Assembly (NCBI GenBank): GCA_029856525.1 | Contig: JAHQXC010000001.1 | Location: 1-44,963 of the forward strand | Length of the DNA stretch: 44,963 nucleotides | Direction of reading: 5' to 3' | Source of the DNA: Candidatus Odinarchaeia archaeon | GTDB lineage: Archaea > Asgardarchaeota > Odinarchaeia > Odinarchaeales > Odinarchaeaceae | Part shown: in pieces, positions 9,711 to 22,998 of the stretch | How the letters are laid out: every line of letters begins with the position of its first letter | How positions within the stretch are numbered: position 1 is the first letter of the stretch | The notes under the pieces: model-generated | The model's input: the letters and a program-made list of their open reading frames with translations, nothing else | The model's database searches: none | What the model was told of the DNA's origin: nothing | Position numbers and translations under genes: made by a program

Positions 9711-9852
9711 TTTACATCACTTAATTTTTAAATATAGGATTGATGTGATTTAAAGATGTTATTTAATTGGTTTTTAATTAATATTTTTAGGTTTTCAAAT
9801 CTTAGAGTTAAATTTATATAAGAATAGGATTTTATGAGTATTGATATAATAT

Positions 9853-10080
9853 AGCGGGGTGGGGTAGGCTGCTCTCAGTGGAGGCAGGCCTGATCAGGAG
9901 ACCTTTGGCTTGAAATCCCGCGGGGCTCATAAAGCGAGCCCTGGAGAAACCCCGAGGCAAGTATATGCAATATCTTGCGGGAAATCGATGGTTCAAATCC
10001 ATCCCCCGCACAGAATTATAGGATATGATTCTGGGGGAATACCAATGTCTCCTAGCTGGCTTATGCCAGCCCCGCTACCA
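9853..10080 (+). tRNA. Initiator tRNA-Met (CAU) interrupted by several intervening sequences
   Basis: Elements found:
- 5' AGCGGGGUGGGGUAG (9853..9867), as in archaeal tRNAi
- anticodon arm CGGGG-CUCAUAA ... CCCCG (9921..9955) with CAT at 9928..9930
- T arm GATGG-TTCAAAT-CCATC (9987..10003)
- 3' CCCCGCT-A-CCA (10070..10080), which gives the A1:U72 pair
The span is about 150 nt longer than a mature tRNA. Confidence 0.7.
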
Positions 10081-10111
10081 ATAATTTCAAAGCTTTTTTT
10101 AAGGAGAGATA

Positions 10112-10519
10112 TTAGAATACAGGTCTGAATTTGAAACCGTAGTGTATTACGCCGTTTTCACCGTCATCGTATAGGCGCCGTATAACAGCTTCTACAGGCA
10201 TGCCTATCTGAAGTTTATCTGGTTCGCAGTCGGTTATCTGAGATAAGACTTTAACACCGTTCTCTAATTTTACAACTGCTACTGCGTATGGAACGTATAA
10301 CTCATATTTAGAAGGGGCTTGTCTTATTATAGTGAATGTTTCAATAACGCCTTTTCTCGGTAGCAGGGTTTTCTCAAAATTTTTAGATTTACAATTATTG
10401 CACACTGTTTTAGGTGGAAAATATATCCGCCCGCATGTTAAACATTTAGATGCTTCTAATCGATAGTGCTGCGGGATCTCCCGCCATAGTTTCGGAACTC
10501 TCAGATCACTCATATTCAA
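10112..10519 (-). CDS. DUF35 Zn-ribbon/OB-fold protein (scaffold of the thiolase/HMG-CoA synthase complex)
   Basis: CxxC...CxxC ribbon (CLTCGRIYFPPKTVCNNC) followed by an OB-fold region. Its start overlaps the thiolase stop by 4 nt. Confidence 0.85.
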   Translation of the reverse strand: MNMSDLRVPKLWREIPQHYRLEASKCLTCGRIYFPPKTVCNNCKSKNFEKTLLPRKGVIETFTIIRQAPSKYELYVPYAVAVVKLENGVKVLSQITDCEPDKLQIGMPVEAVIRRLYDDGENGVIHYGFKFRPVF

Positions 10520-11670
10520 ACCCTCCTTAAAATTTGAACGGTTGAATTCACTCCAGCTCCGCTTAGTGTTTGAGCTAGACCGATCTCCGGGGTTGAGTCT
10601 AGTTTAAACTGAGCGTCTCCTCTTAACATTAAAGCTATCTCCGCACTCTGATAGACGCCTGTGGCTCCTATAGGATGCCCTCTAGCTTTCAACCCTCCGC
10701 TTATATTTACCGGTTTAACACCGTCCTTAGAGAAGTATCCGTTTTTTAGCATAGCGGCAGCTTCACCGCGGTTTGCTAAACCTAATTCCTCTAAAGCTAT
10801 TAAACCGTAGATTGTATAAGAGTCAAAGATTTCAGCTACTTGAATATCTTTAGCTTCTATACCAGCCATTTTATACGCTTTATCAGCCGCTAATCGAATC
10901 GCCTTGAAATCTAGAAGATCATCTCTTTGCGTTAAACCTAATGTATCTGAGGCTTGACCGACTCCGGCTATTTGAATAGGGTTATCAGTTATCTTTTTAG
11001 CCTTATCCATCGGGCAGAGGATTAGAGCAGCAGCTCCGTCTCCTAGAGGAGCGCAATGCATTAAGGTGATCGGATCAGCTAACGGTCTTGCTTTGATAAT
11101 CGATTCAACGGTTACTTCGAAGCGGAGCTGAGCGTAAGGATTGTTCACCGCGTTTTTATGGTCTAGTTGAGCTAGTAAAGCTATATCCTCTTCTTTAACA
11201 TTATATCTATGCATATAAAGCCTCATTACGAGAGCTGCGGCTCCTTCAGGTGAAAGCCCGTGAATCGTCTCATACTCATGGAACATTCCTAGCGACATTA
11301 TTGACTCTGCTTCTGAGGACACCACCTCTGACATTTTCTCCACGCCGCCGACTAAAACAAAGTCATGTAACCCTGAGGCGACATCGTTAAACCCGGCGAT
11401 TAAAGCGCTTCCCCCTGAGGATTCCCCTGTTTCTATTCTAGTAGACGGTATGTTATTTAAACCTGAGAAGTCTATTAAAAGCGAGGAGATATTCTTCTGA
11501 TTATTGAATTCATCTGCAGCCATATTACCGATATAAGCTGATTCAATATCCGGGTTGAAAGCGTCGTCTAACGCTTTACTAACAGCCTCTTTGAAAAGCT
11601 CTCTTATAGATTTATCGAAATGCATATCCACTTTTGTTAAACCGACACCTATAATCGCCACATCCCTCAT
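10516..11670 (-). CDS. Acetyl-CoA acetyltransferase (archaeal thiolase)
   Basis: 384 aa thiolase-fold protein. It sits in the conserved archaeal trio between HMG-CoA synthase and the DUF35 protein. Confidence 0.88.
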   Translation of the reverse strand: MRDVAIIGVGLTKVDMHFDKSIRELFKEAVSKALDDAFNPDIESAYIGNMAADEFNNQKNISSLLIDFSGLNNIPSTRIETGESSGGSALIAGFNDVASGLHDFVLVGGVEKMSEVVSSEAESIMSLGMFHEYETIHGLSPEGAAALVMRLYMHRYNVKEEDIALLAQLDHKNAVNNPYAQLRFEVTVESIIKARPLADPITLMHCAPLGDGAAALILCPMDKAKKITDNPIQIAGVGQASDTLGLTQRDDLLDFKAIRLAADKAYKMAGIEAKDIQVAEIFDSYTIYGLIALEELGLANRGEAAAMLKNGYFSKDGVKPVNISGGLKARGHPIGATGVYQSAEIALMLRGDAQFKLDSTPEIGLAQTLSGAGVNSTVQILRRV

Positions 11671-11683
11671 TTTAATAACCTCT

Positions 11684-12766
11684 TTATTTAGGCTGACCTA
11701 TTATATGACGCCTCCATTTAATATAACATTTATAACCGATTTGTTGCCGTCTAGTAAGATAATCTTTTATTTTTAAACAGAGGTCTCTTTTCTCCTCGAT
11801 CGCGTCCTTGACAACTATATAGAAGGCGTCGCTTCCAGCGCCTGAACCGTAAGATACCACTAAGATTTCGTCTCCAGGTGAAGCTATATCGAGGATAGCG
11901 GATAAGCCTAAAGGAACAGCTGCAGAGTATGTGTTACCTATATTGGGGACTAGTAGGCCTGGAGCGATCTGAGCGGTCGAGAATCCTAGTGTTTTAGCAA
12001 CTCTTATAGGGAATTTACCGTTAGGCTGATGAAATACAGCGTATTTGAAATCTGAGGGTTTCTTATCTAATTCAGCCATTAAATTTCTTGCAGCTGACTC
12101 TATATGATGGAAGTATGCGGGTTTACCGGTGAAAGCTTCACCGTGTTGCGGGAATGGTCTTTCAGCTCGACGCCAGAAGTCAGGGGTGTCTGTGACATAT
12201 GAGTATGAGGCTTCTATCGCAGCCACACAGTTTTCACTATCTCTAGAGAGTATGAAAGCCGCCCCACCGGAGGCTGCTGAAAACTCTAAGTCGTCTCCTG
12301 GAGCCCCCTGCGCTACATCAGCACCTATCGCTAAACCATATTTTATCATACCTGATGAAACTAAACCCATACAGCATTGTAAACCTTCTGTACCAGCTTT
12401 GCAGGCGAATTCTAAGTCCGCTGCTAAAATATTTGGGGTGGCTCCTATAGCCTCCGCGACTATTGTTCCAGTCGGCTTAACCGCGTATGGCTTCGATTCG
12501 CTTCCTACAAAAACGGCGCCTATTTCTTTAGGGTCTATTTGCGCTCTTTTAAGAGCGTTTTGAGCGGCTTCTATAGCGATAGTGGCTGTATCTTCGTCAG
12601 GTCCAGCCACCGCCTTCTCGTTGATCATTAAACCTTCTTTATATCTTTCAGCGTCTTTACCCCATATTCGTGATATATTTTCTACGGGTAAACGGTATTT
12701 TGGAATATAGCCTCCCCAACCTACTATCCCAACTTTATGATTAGGCTTCATAATCATGTGTTTCAC
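11684..12766 (-). CDS. Hydroxymethylglutaryl-CoA synthase
   Basis: About 350-360 aa condensing-enzyme fold with archaeal HMGCS-like segments ([23 protein letters not shown]). First gene of the mevalonate trio. Confidence 0.88.
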   Translation of the reverse strand: MKHMIMKPNHKVGIVGWGGYIPKYRLPVENISRIWGKDAERYKEGLMINEKAVAGPDEDTATIAIEAAQNALKRAQIDPKEIGAVFVGSESKPYAVKPTGTIVAEAIGATPNILAADLEFACKAGTEGLQCCMGLVSSGMIKYGLAIGADVAQGAPGDDLEFSAASGGAAFILSRDSENCVAAIEASYSYVTDTPDFWRRAERPFPQHGEAFTGKPAYFHHIESAARNLMAELDKKPSDFKYAVFHQPNGKFPIRVAKTLGFSTAQIAPGLLVPNIGNTYSAAVPLGLSAILDIASPGDEILVVSYGSGAGSDAFYIVVKDAIEEKRDLCLKIKDYLTRRQQIGYKCYIKWRRHIIGQPK

Positions 12767-12948
12767 CTTTGACTATATCCTCTAGCTTTTATGTTAAAAT
12801 TGAAATTTTCAAATAGGTAGTATAGTTAAAAACCGATTTCGCAATATTTATATGCTCTTAACTAGAGGTGTGGAAAATATAATATAAATATTGCGCCGCC
12901 TTTAAGTAATATTTTTATAGTAGTGCTACAGAAATATATTAGGGGATT

Positions 12949-13428
12949 ATGATGGAGAAGCTTAGACAAGCAATAGAACAAGCGATAATCTTAGAGGGGT
13001 TACAAGAAGAGAAAACCAGTAGCGGAGAAGATTTAAGTCTTTTTATAGATAGCCTTTACATATTCGATGAAAACGGGTTACTGATTTACAGTAAAAAATT
13101 TGCTGAAAGCAAACTTGAACCTGAATTAGTATCAGGTTTCTTCTCAGCTATTCAAAGCTTCACTAATAATATGATAAGCGAGTCTGAGAAACTACAGGAG
13201 ATCACCCTTGAAGAGCGCAAGCTAATTTTCAAAAATTTAATCGATGAAAAAATAATCCTTATGCTCGTTACTAGAAAAAGCACTGAGTGGATGAGTAAAA
13301 AAATATTAGAGAGAATCAGCTCAGATATAAACTATGTTCTGAAAAATACTAGTTTAAATATTAGAATGCTACCCGGCTTCCTAGATAAGTATATAGAAGA
13401 AGTTTTACCTAGGCGAGTAAACATATAA
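12949..13428 (+). CDS. Small Roadblock/LC7- or longin-like regulatory domain protein (tentative)
   Basis: 159 aa. The pattern LYIFDENGLLIYSKKF ... ELVSGFFSAIQSF ... LQEITLEERKLIF ... IILMLV suggests an alpha-beta-beta-alpha-beta-beta fold. This rests on sequence pattern only. Confidence 0.4.
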   Translation: MMEKLRQAIEQAIILEGLQEEKTSSGEDLSLFIDSLYIFDENGLLIYSKKFAESKLEPELVSGFFSAIQSFTNNMISESEKLQEITLEERKLIFKNLIDEKIILMLVTRKSTEWMSKKILERISSDINYVLKNTSLNIRMLPGFLDKYIEEVLPRRVNI

Positions 13429-13492
13429 ATCTAAAAATCTAATGTTTAAATAAACTCTTCAACGATAAAAGTTAATACACTCCGATCTGTTT

Positions 13493-13774
13493 CTACTCAG
13501 TCTCACCTATTTTCACACCACAGTGAGGGCAGTAAGAGAACCCTTTAATTATACGGGCGCCGCAATTAGGACAGTATAATACCTGCGGAGGCTTCTCATC
13601 AACGATGAAATTAACCCGCTCAGATGCCGTTGACTCGTTTTTAAAATGGTATACGAGCGGAATCAAACCCACTAGTATAAAGAAGAAGATACCTGTAAGA
13701 AGAGTTACTGCTATGGAGACTATAACACTTAATAGAAGCGTTAAGATGAAAAATATTTTTCTAGCCATAACCAC
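13493..13774 (-). CDS. Membrane-anchored zinc-ribbon protein
   Basis: N-terminal TM segments followed by CPNCGARIIKGFSYCPHCG. Confidence 0.6.
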   Translation of the reverse strand: MVMARKIFFILTLLLSVIVSIAVTLLTGIFFFILVGLIPLVYHFKNESTASERVNFIVDEKPPQVLYCPNCGARIIKGFSYCPHCGVKIGETE

Positions 13775-13879
13775 GGCACCGGGTTTTGAAACATATATTA
13801 AAAGATAATATCAAATTACGAGTATATAGCGTTATTTTATATTTTTGTTTTTAATATAAGAAGTTGGCTTAACACACCG

Positions 13880-14425
13880 GTGTTAGAAATGAGTGAAATC
13901 AAATTATACGCTTTTCATACAGGTGAATGTGATCCTAAAAAATGTACTAGTCTTAAACTCGCTCGTTTTAAATTTGTAAAAATAGTAAGAAGGCTAACCA
14001 AGCTACCTGAAAACGTGTTACTGCTTAATCCGTTCGCTATTAAATCTGTTTCAAAAGAAGATAAAAATATAATTGAAGAAAACGGTTTAGCGGTATTAGA
14101 CTGCTCCTGGAATATTATTAACTGTGAAGTCTTCGAGAAAACTCCAGGAGAGCATAGAGCACTCCCCTTCCTTATAGCCGCGAATCCGGTTAACTACGGG
14201 AGACCTTGCAAGCTTAGTAGTGTAGAAGCGTTAGCAGCTGCTCTGCTGATAATAGGATATATTGAACTCGCTGATAAGCTTTTAAATATTTTTAAATGGG
14301 GTCCGAATTTTAAAAAGTTAAATGAAAAATATTTAGCTAGATATGCTAGCGCAGAGACTAGCCTACAGGTTGTAGCGGAACAGAATAAGATAATAGAAGA
14401 GATGAGAGCTAGGTCAGGAGAGTAG
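13880..14425 (+). CDS. tsr3: 16S rRNA aminocarboxypropyltransferase Tsr3 (DUF367)
   Basis: GECDPKKCTSLKLARF and LAVLDCSWN motifs are typical of Tsr3. About 180 aa. Confidence 0.8.
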   Translation: MLEMSEIKLYAFHTGECDPKKCTSLKLARFKFVKIVRRLTKLPENVLLLNPFAIKSVSKEDKNIIEENGLAVLDCSWNIINCEVFEKTPGEHRALPFLIAANPVNYGRPCKLSSVEALAAALLIIGYIELADKLLNIFKWGPNFKKLNEKYLARYASAETSLQVVAEQNKIIEEMRARSGE

Positions 14426-14774
14426 CCCCCCTTATGTTACGGTAGCCTTGTCGCCAAGACTACCCTAGCGGCATTAAACTAAGCGCCCCACCCGCTTTCT
14501 CAGCCAGGTTCCTCATCAAAAGCCTATTTGGGCTTGCTCCCTGGTGCGGGTCGTTTCAATATAACTCTTAAGGTCTTCAGCGGGAATACCGCCGTCGCCA
14601 GCGGTTAACTCGAGAATCTCTCAGCCGCATCATCACCATCTCAAAAGAGGTATGCCGTTTCTGTACCCGTACTATGAGTCTCCTCATGTGGCTTAAACCA
14701 CACCAGCACCTGGATGGAGGGGGGAACTTCCTCAGTGGAGTCCACCGGAAGCCGCTCTTCCTCTCCTAGCTCTC
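14404..14774 (-). ncRNA. rnpB: RNase P RNA
   Basis: GC-rich island. The reverse strand reads:
- GAGGAAGUUCCCCCCUCCAU (CR-I-like)
- CAGGUGCUGG
- GGGUACAGAAACGGCAUACC (CR-II-like)
- GGGAGCAAGCCCAAAUAGGC (CR-III-like)
- ACAUAAGGGGGGCUA, able to pair with the CR-I strand (P4)
Terminal helices are GAGAGCUA/UAGCUCUC and GGAGAG/CUCUCC. Confidence 0.8.
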
Positions 14775-14889
14775 GAATAAAATATTATACTCCATTTTAT
14801 TTATATTTAACTTTCAACGGTAAACCTCTAAGTGAAAAGTTTAATAAAATATTAAATACTTTATTGTGTCAACAACTTAACCCGGATAG

Positions 14890-16821
14890 TTGAAGCATAT
14901 GAGCTACGAAGCTTATACTATACTCAGAGATAATTTAACGGAGGAGCATTACAATAGACTTATGAAAATAAAGAACGAAAACGTTCACAGATTCATAGCC
15001 AAATATATAAAAATCTGTAAACCAGCCGAAGTGTATATTTGCGACGACAGTGAAGAGGATAGAAGAATAGTTAGAGAGTACGCGTTAACTAGCCGAGAGG
15101 AGGCTAAGCTTAAAATCGAAGGGCATACTGTTCACTTCGACAATTATTACGATCAGGCAAGGGATAAAAATCACACGAAGTTTTTAGTGACACCTGAAGA
15201 CGGGCTTGGAGAAGAATTTAATACAATACCTAGAGAGGAGGGGCTTGAAGAAATACATTTAATTCTGAATAATATTATGAAAGGTAAAAGAATGTGGGTT
15301 TTATTCTTAACTCTAGGCCCTTTAAACTCTATATTCACGATACCCTGTCTTCAAATAACTGATTCAGCTTATGTAGCTCACAGTGAACAGATCCTTTATC
15401 GCTCAGGGTATGGTGAATTTATTAGAAGAGGGGAGGAAAATAGATTCTTTAAATTTGTTCACTCTCAAGGTGAACTTGAAGAAGCTGGTCTAGGATTAAA
15501 AGTAAGCAAGAACATAGATCAGAGAAGAATATACATAGATTTAAAAGATGAAGTAATTTACAGCGCTAACACCCAGTATGGCGGTAATACGATAGGTTTG
15601 AAAAAGCTTGCAATGAGGTTAGCTATCAGGCGGGCTATAAAAGAAGGCTGGCTTACAGAGCATATGTTTATAATGGGTGTTAACGGCCCTAATGGAAGAG
15701 TCACATACTTCACTGGAGCTTTTCCTTCAATGTGCGGGAAGACAGCTACAGCCATGATACCTGAGGAGAGAGTGGTCGGTGATGATATCGCCTTCCTCCG
15801 TAGAATTAACGGGGAGATAAGAGCGGTTAACGTGGAAAAAGGTATGTTCGGGATAATAACAGGAATAAATTCAACTGATGACCCTATAATATGGAAGGCG
15901 CTAACCACCCCAAACGAGGTTATATTCTCTAATGTACTGGTAACTGATGATAGAGACGTTTACTGGATTGGAAAAAACGGAGAACCGCCTAAAAAAGGAG
16001 TTAACCACTCAGGTGAATGGTATCTAGGTAAAAAAGATAGCGACGGATCGGAGATACCGCCAGCGCATAAAAACGCGCGCTTCACTATTGAAATGAAGAT
16101 TTTAGATAACATCGACCCTAGAATAGATGACCCTGAAGGTGTGAAGGTTGAAGGAATTATCTACGGTGGACGTGACTCTGATACATGGGTTCCTGTTGAA
16201 GAAGCCTTTGACTGGGTTCACGGTATTATCACAAAAGGGGCTTCACTGGAATCAGAGACCACAGCTGCAATTCTTGGAAGAGAAGGAGTTAGAGAATTTA
16301 ATCCAATGGCGAATCTAGACTTTCTATCAGTTCCAATCGGTGAATATATTAGGAGGAACATAGAGTTTGGAAGAAATTTAAAAAATCCTCCGAAAATATT
16401 CGCAGTAAACTATTTCCTTAAAGGAATAGACGGAAAATATAAAACAGGTGTAAACGATAAAAAAGTATATTTAAAATGGATGGAGCTGCGCGTCCACAAC
16501 GAAGTCAACGCTATAAAAACACCTACAGGATATGTACCATTCTATGACGATCTTAAAAAACTATTCAAAACAGTTCTTGAAAAAGATTACACGATAGAAG
16601 ATTATGTTAGACAGTTCTCTACAAGAGTCACTGAACATCTTCAAAAAATAGATAGAATCATAGACATCTACAGCACTAGAGTACCCGACACTCCTCCAAT
16701 AGTTTTTAAAGTTTTAGAGGAACAGAAAAAACGACTTTTAAAAGCACAGGATAAATTTGGACCACATATACCACCGTTTATATTCTCAGCTTTAAGCAAA
16801 CACGGCCAGGAATTATTCTAA
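14890..16821 (+). CDS. pckG: Phosphoenolpyruvate carboxykinase (GTP)
   Basis: About 640 aa. FPSMCGKT kinase-1a motif and the overall GTP-PEPCK layout. Confidence 0.92.
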   Translation: MKHMSYEAYTILRDNLTEEHYNRLMKIKNENVHRFIAKYIKICKPAEVYICDDSEEDRRIVREYALTSREEAKLKIEGHTVHFDNYYDQARDKNHTKFLVTPEDGLGEEFNTIPREEGLEEIHLILNNIMKGKRMWVLFLTLGPLNSIFTIPCLQITDSAYVAHSEQILYRSGYGEFIRRGEENRFFKFVHSQGELEEAGLGLKVSKNIDQRRIYIDLKDEVIYSANTQYGGNTIGLKKLAMRLAIRRAIKEGWLTEHMFIMGVNGPNGRVTYFTGAFPSMCGKTATAMIPEERVVGDDIAFLRRINGEIRAVNVEKGMFGIITGINSTDDPIIWKALTTPNEVIFSNVLVTDDRDVYWIGKNGEPPKKGVNHSGEWYLGKKDSDGSEIPPAHKNARFTIEMKILDNIDPRIDDPEGVKVEGIIYGGRDSDTWVPVEEAFDWVHGIITKGASLESETTAAILGREGVREFNPMANLDFLSVPIGEYIRRNIEFGRNLKNPPKIFAVNYFLKGIDGKYKTGVNDKKVYLKWMELRVHNEVNAIKTPTGYVPFYDDLKKLFKTVLEKDYTIEDYVRQFSTRVTEHLQKIDRIIDIYSTRVPDTPPIVFKVLEEQKKRLLKAQDKFGPHIPPFIFSALSKHGQELF

Positions 16822-16895
16822 AATTATCCTCTTAAAAATTAGATGTAATATAAGTGAAGAGATGAAGGTGCATCCCTGAATTACGCCAGACGAGA

Positions 16896-21660
<4,765 letters not shown>

Positions 21661-21683
21661 TGGTTGACGGCCGCTATCTATTA

Positions 21684-21727
21684 CCGCTGGAATTGGCTGA
21701 TCTGTATAGCACCACATGTGTTGACCG
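21684..21727 (-). other. 5' leader half of the 16S processing stem
   Basis: The reverse complement shares a 14-nt and a 12-nt arm (CGGTCAACACATGT, ACAGATCAGCCA) with 20077..20115, separated by an unpaired centre. This is the layout of archaeal pre-rRNA bulge-helix-bulge stems. Confidence 0.7.
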
Positions 21728-21950
21728 TCATCAGGCTTGAATTCGCGATCCTTAAGGGACCGGTTTATTCAAGCCGTCATGATTTGAGCCCGCGTTCGGA
21801 TAAGCAACCTTTCATCCCATCGGTTTTTACCTTTGGTTTAGGTCGACGCCTTTGAACAACGGGCGTACACAGTAGATAATAGACGGTGAACGCCTTTATA
21901 CGGCTCCCGCCATACTTACTAATTGTTGAACGAATATTTAAATTAAACGC

Positions 21951-22034
21951 AACCGGTTTATTGTATTTAACCGGTTTCAACCATATCAAATTTTGATATG
22001 GTCCTATCAAAAGGATAGTACTACCGAAGTAGTA
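21951..22034. promoter_or_regulatory. Cluster of palindromes between the rRNA operon and tRNA-Ala
   Basis: Four elements:
- AACCGGTT twice, at 21951 and 21969
- CCATATCAAA-T-TTTGATATGG (21981..22001)
- CTATC-AAAAG-GATAG (22004..22018)
- TACTAC-CGAA-GTAGTA (22019..22034). Confidence 0.4.
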
Positions 22035-22147
22035 AAAAAATAAAGTCACAATCATATATTTAAATTTTTTGTGAGAGGCGGATAGTTGAGAAGAAGTGTT
22101 ACCGATAGGGTTAAAAATTTTTAGCTTTTTAATATATTTAACTTTTA

Positions 22148-22225
22148 GGGCGGGTAGTTCAGCCTGGAATGAACGCCTGACTTGCACTCAGGAGGCCGCG
22201 AGTTCAAATCTCGCCCCGTCCACCA
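22148..22225 (+). tRNA. tRNA-Ala (UGC), no intron, CCA encoded
   Basis: GGGCGGG/CCCGTCC acceptor stem with G3:U70, anticodon loop CTTGCAC, T arm GCGAG-TTCAAAT-CTCGC, followed by ACCA. Confidence 0.95.
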
Positions 22226-22388
22226 ATAGCATATTTTATTATTACAGTTTGTAGCGTAACACAGATGTTAACGCCCCTTAAATAAATTAAATAAGATATG
22301 TGAACAAGTATAGTTATTTTCGGTTAAACTACTCTTGAAAATAAGGATTAATAGATTTTAAAAAAATAAAAAAAGTTTAATTTTTAAT

Positions 22389-22571
22389 TTATTCTAGTGT
22401 GATAGCGCCTGTTGGACAGCTCGATTCGCAAGCGCCGCATTGAATGCATGCTTCAGGGTGGACGACTTTAGCTTTACCGCCTTCGATTTCAAAAACATTC
22501 GGGTCGGCTGGACAGACTTCCTGACATGTCCCTGAGCCGTCGCATAGGCTTATATTTATTTTCGGAGGCAT
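22389..22571 (-). CDS. 4Fe-4S ferredoxin
   Basis: 60 aa with two cluster motifs (CDGSGTCQEVCP and CIQCGACESSCP). Confidence 0.85.
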   Translation of the reverse strand: MPPKINISLCDGSGTCQEVCPADPNVFEIEGGKAKVVHPEACIQCGACESSCPTGAITLE

Positions 22572-22672
22572 ATTTAGATCACATGGTCGTTAATCTATTA
22601 TTTATGGTGTTTATTCTGCTTCACCTATATGTGAAGCACCTAGCTTCTACAAGGGTTTCCTGCTTCAATGAT

Positions 22673-22789
22673 GGAGCTTACCGGTATTTTCGACCGGTAG
22701 AGGCTCCGTCTCAGCAGGCGTCTTTATCCTTTTTGAAGATTGGAAACTATAAATACTTTTCGACTTTCACCCCCAGCTTTCGCAGGGGG
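22673..22789. ncRNA. Unclassified GC-rich structured element, copy A (paralogue of 33581..33729)
   Basis: Nested hairpin GGAGC..ACCGGT-loop-ACCGGT..GCTCC, then GTCTCAGCAG, a TATAAATA box (22748..22755) and the hairpin CCCCCAGCTTTCGCAGGGGG. All of these blocks recur in the same order at 33581..33729. Confidence 0.45.
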
Positions 22790-22998
22790 ACTTTCAGCCG
22801 GTAAAGTTAAAGTCCGATGACAAACATATTATAGTGGGACTTTCCACGAAGTTATGTGTAACTACTTTTTATAAGATTACCGATTTTAGTCGCCGGCATA
22901 TCTAAGGCTGCATTTAAACCGGTGAGTTTTGGAATACGAGTAATATATAATTTTTATGCGGTTATTCTTCTATGCTCTTTTAATAAAGCGCGTTTATT

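Noticed and set aside
14404-14774. SRP (7S) RNA as an alternative identity for this GC-rich island of about 370 nt.
   Set aside because: No helix 8 GGAA/AGCA-type motifs were found. In contrast, CR-I, CR-II, CR-III and CR-V-like strings and P1/P2/P4 pairings of RNase P RNA are all present in the correct order.
16861-16895. ATGAAG ... CTGA strings resembling C and D boxes just after PEPCK.
   Set aside because: The segment is the 3' half of the 23S processing stem, complementary to 19971..20001.
21777-22187. 136-aa minus-strand ORF.
   Set aside because: It spans the rRNA leader and promoter region and overlaps tRNA-Ala (22148..22225). It has no motif and is an AT-rich run-on ORF.
22526-22804. 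92-aa plus-strand ORF covering repeat copy A. Part of its translation (GNYKYFSTF) recurs in copy B.
   Set aside because: The similarity between copies crosses reading frames because indels shift the frame, and copy B has in-frame stops. The conservation is therefore at the nucleotide or structure level, not protein-coding.
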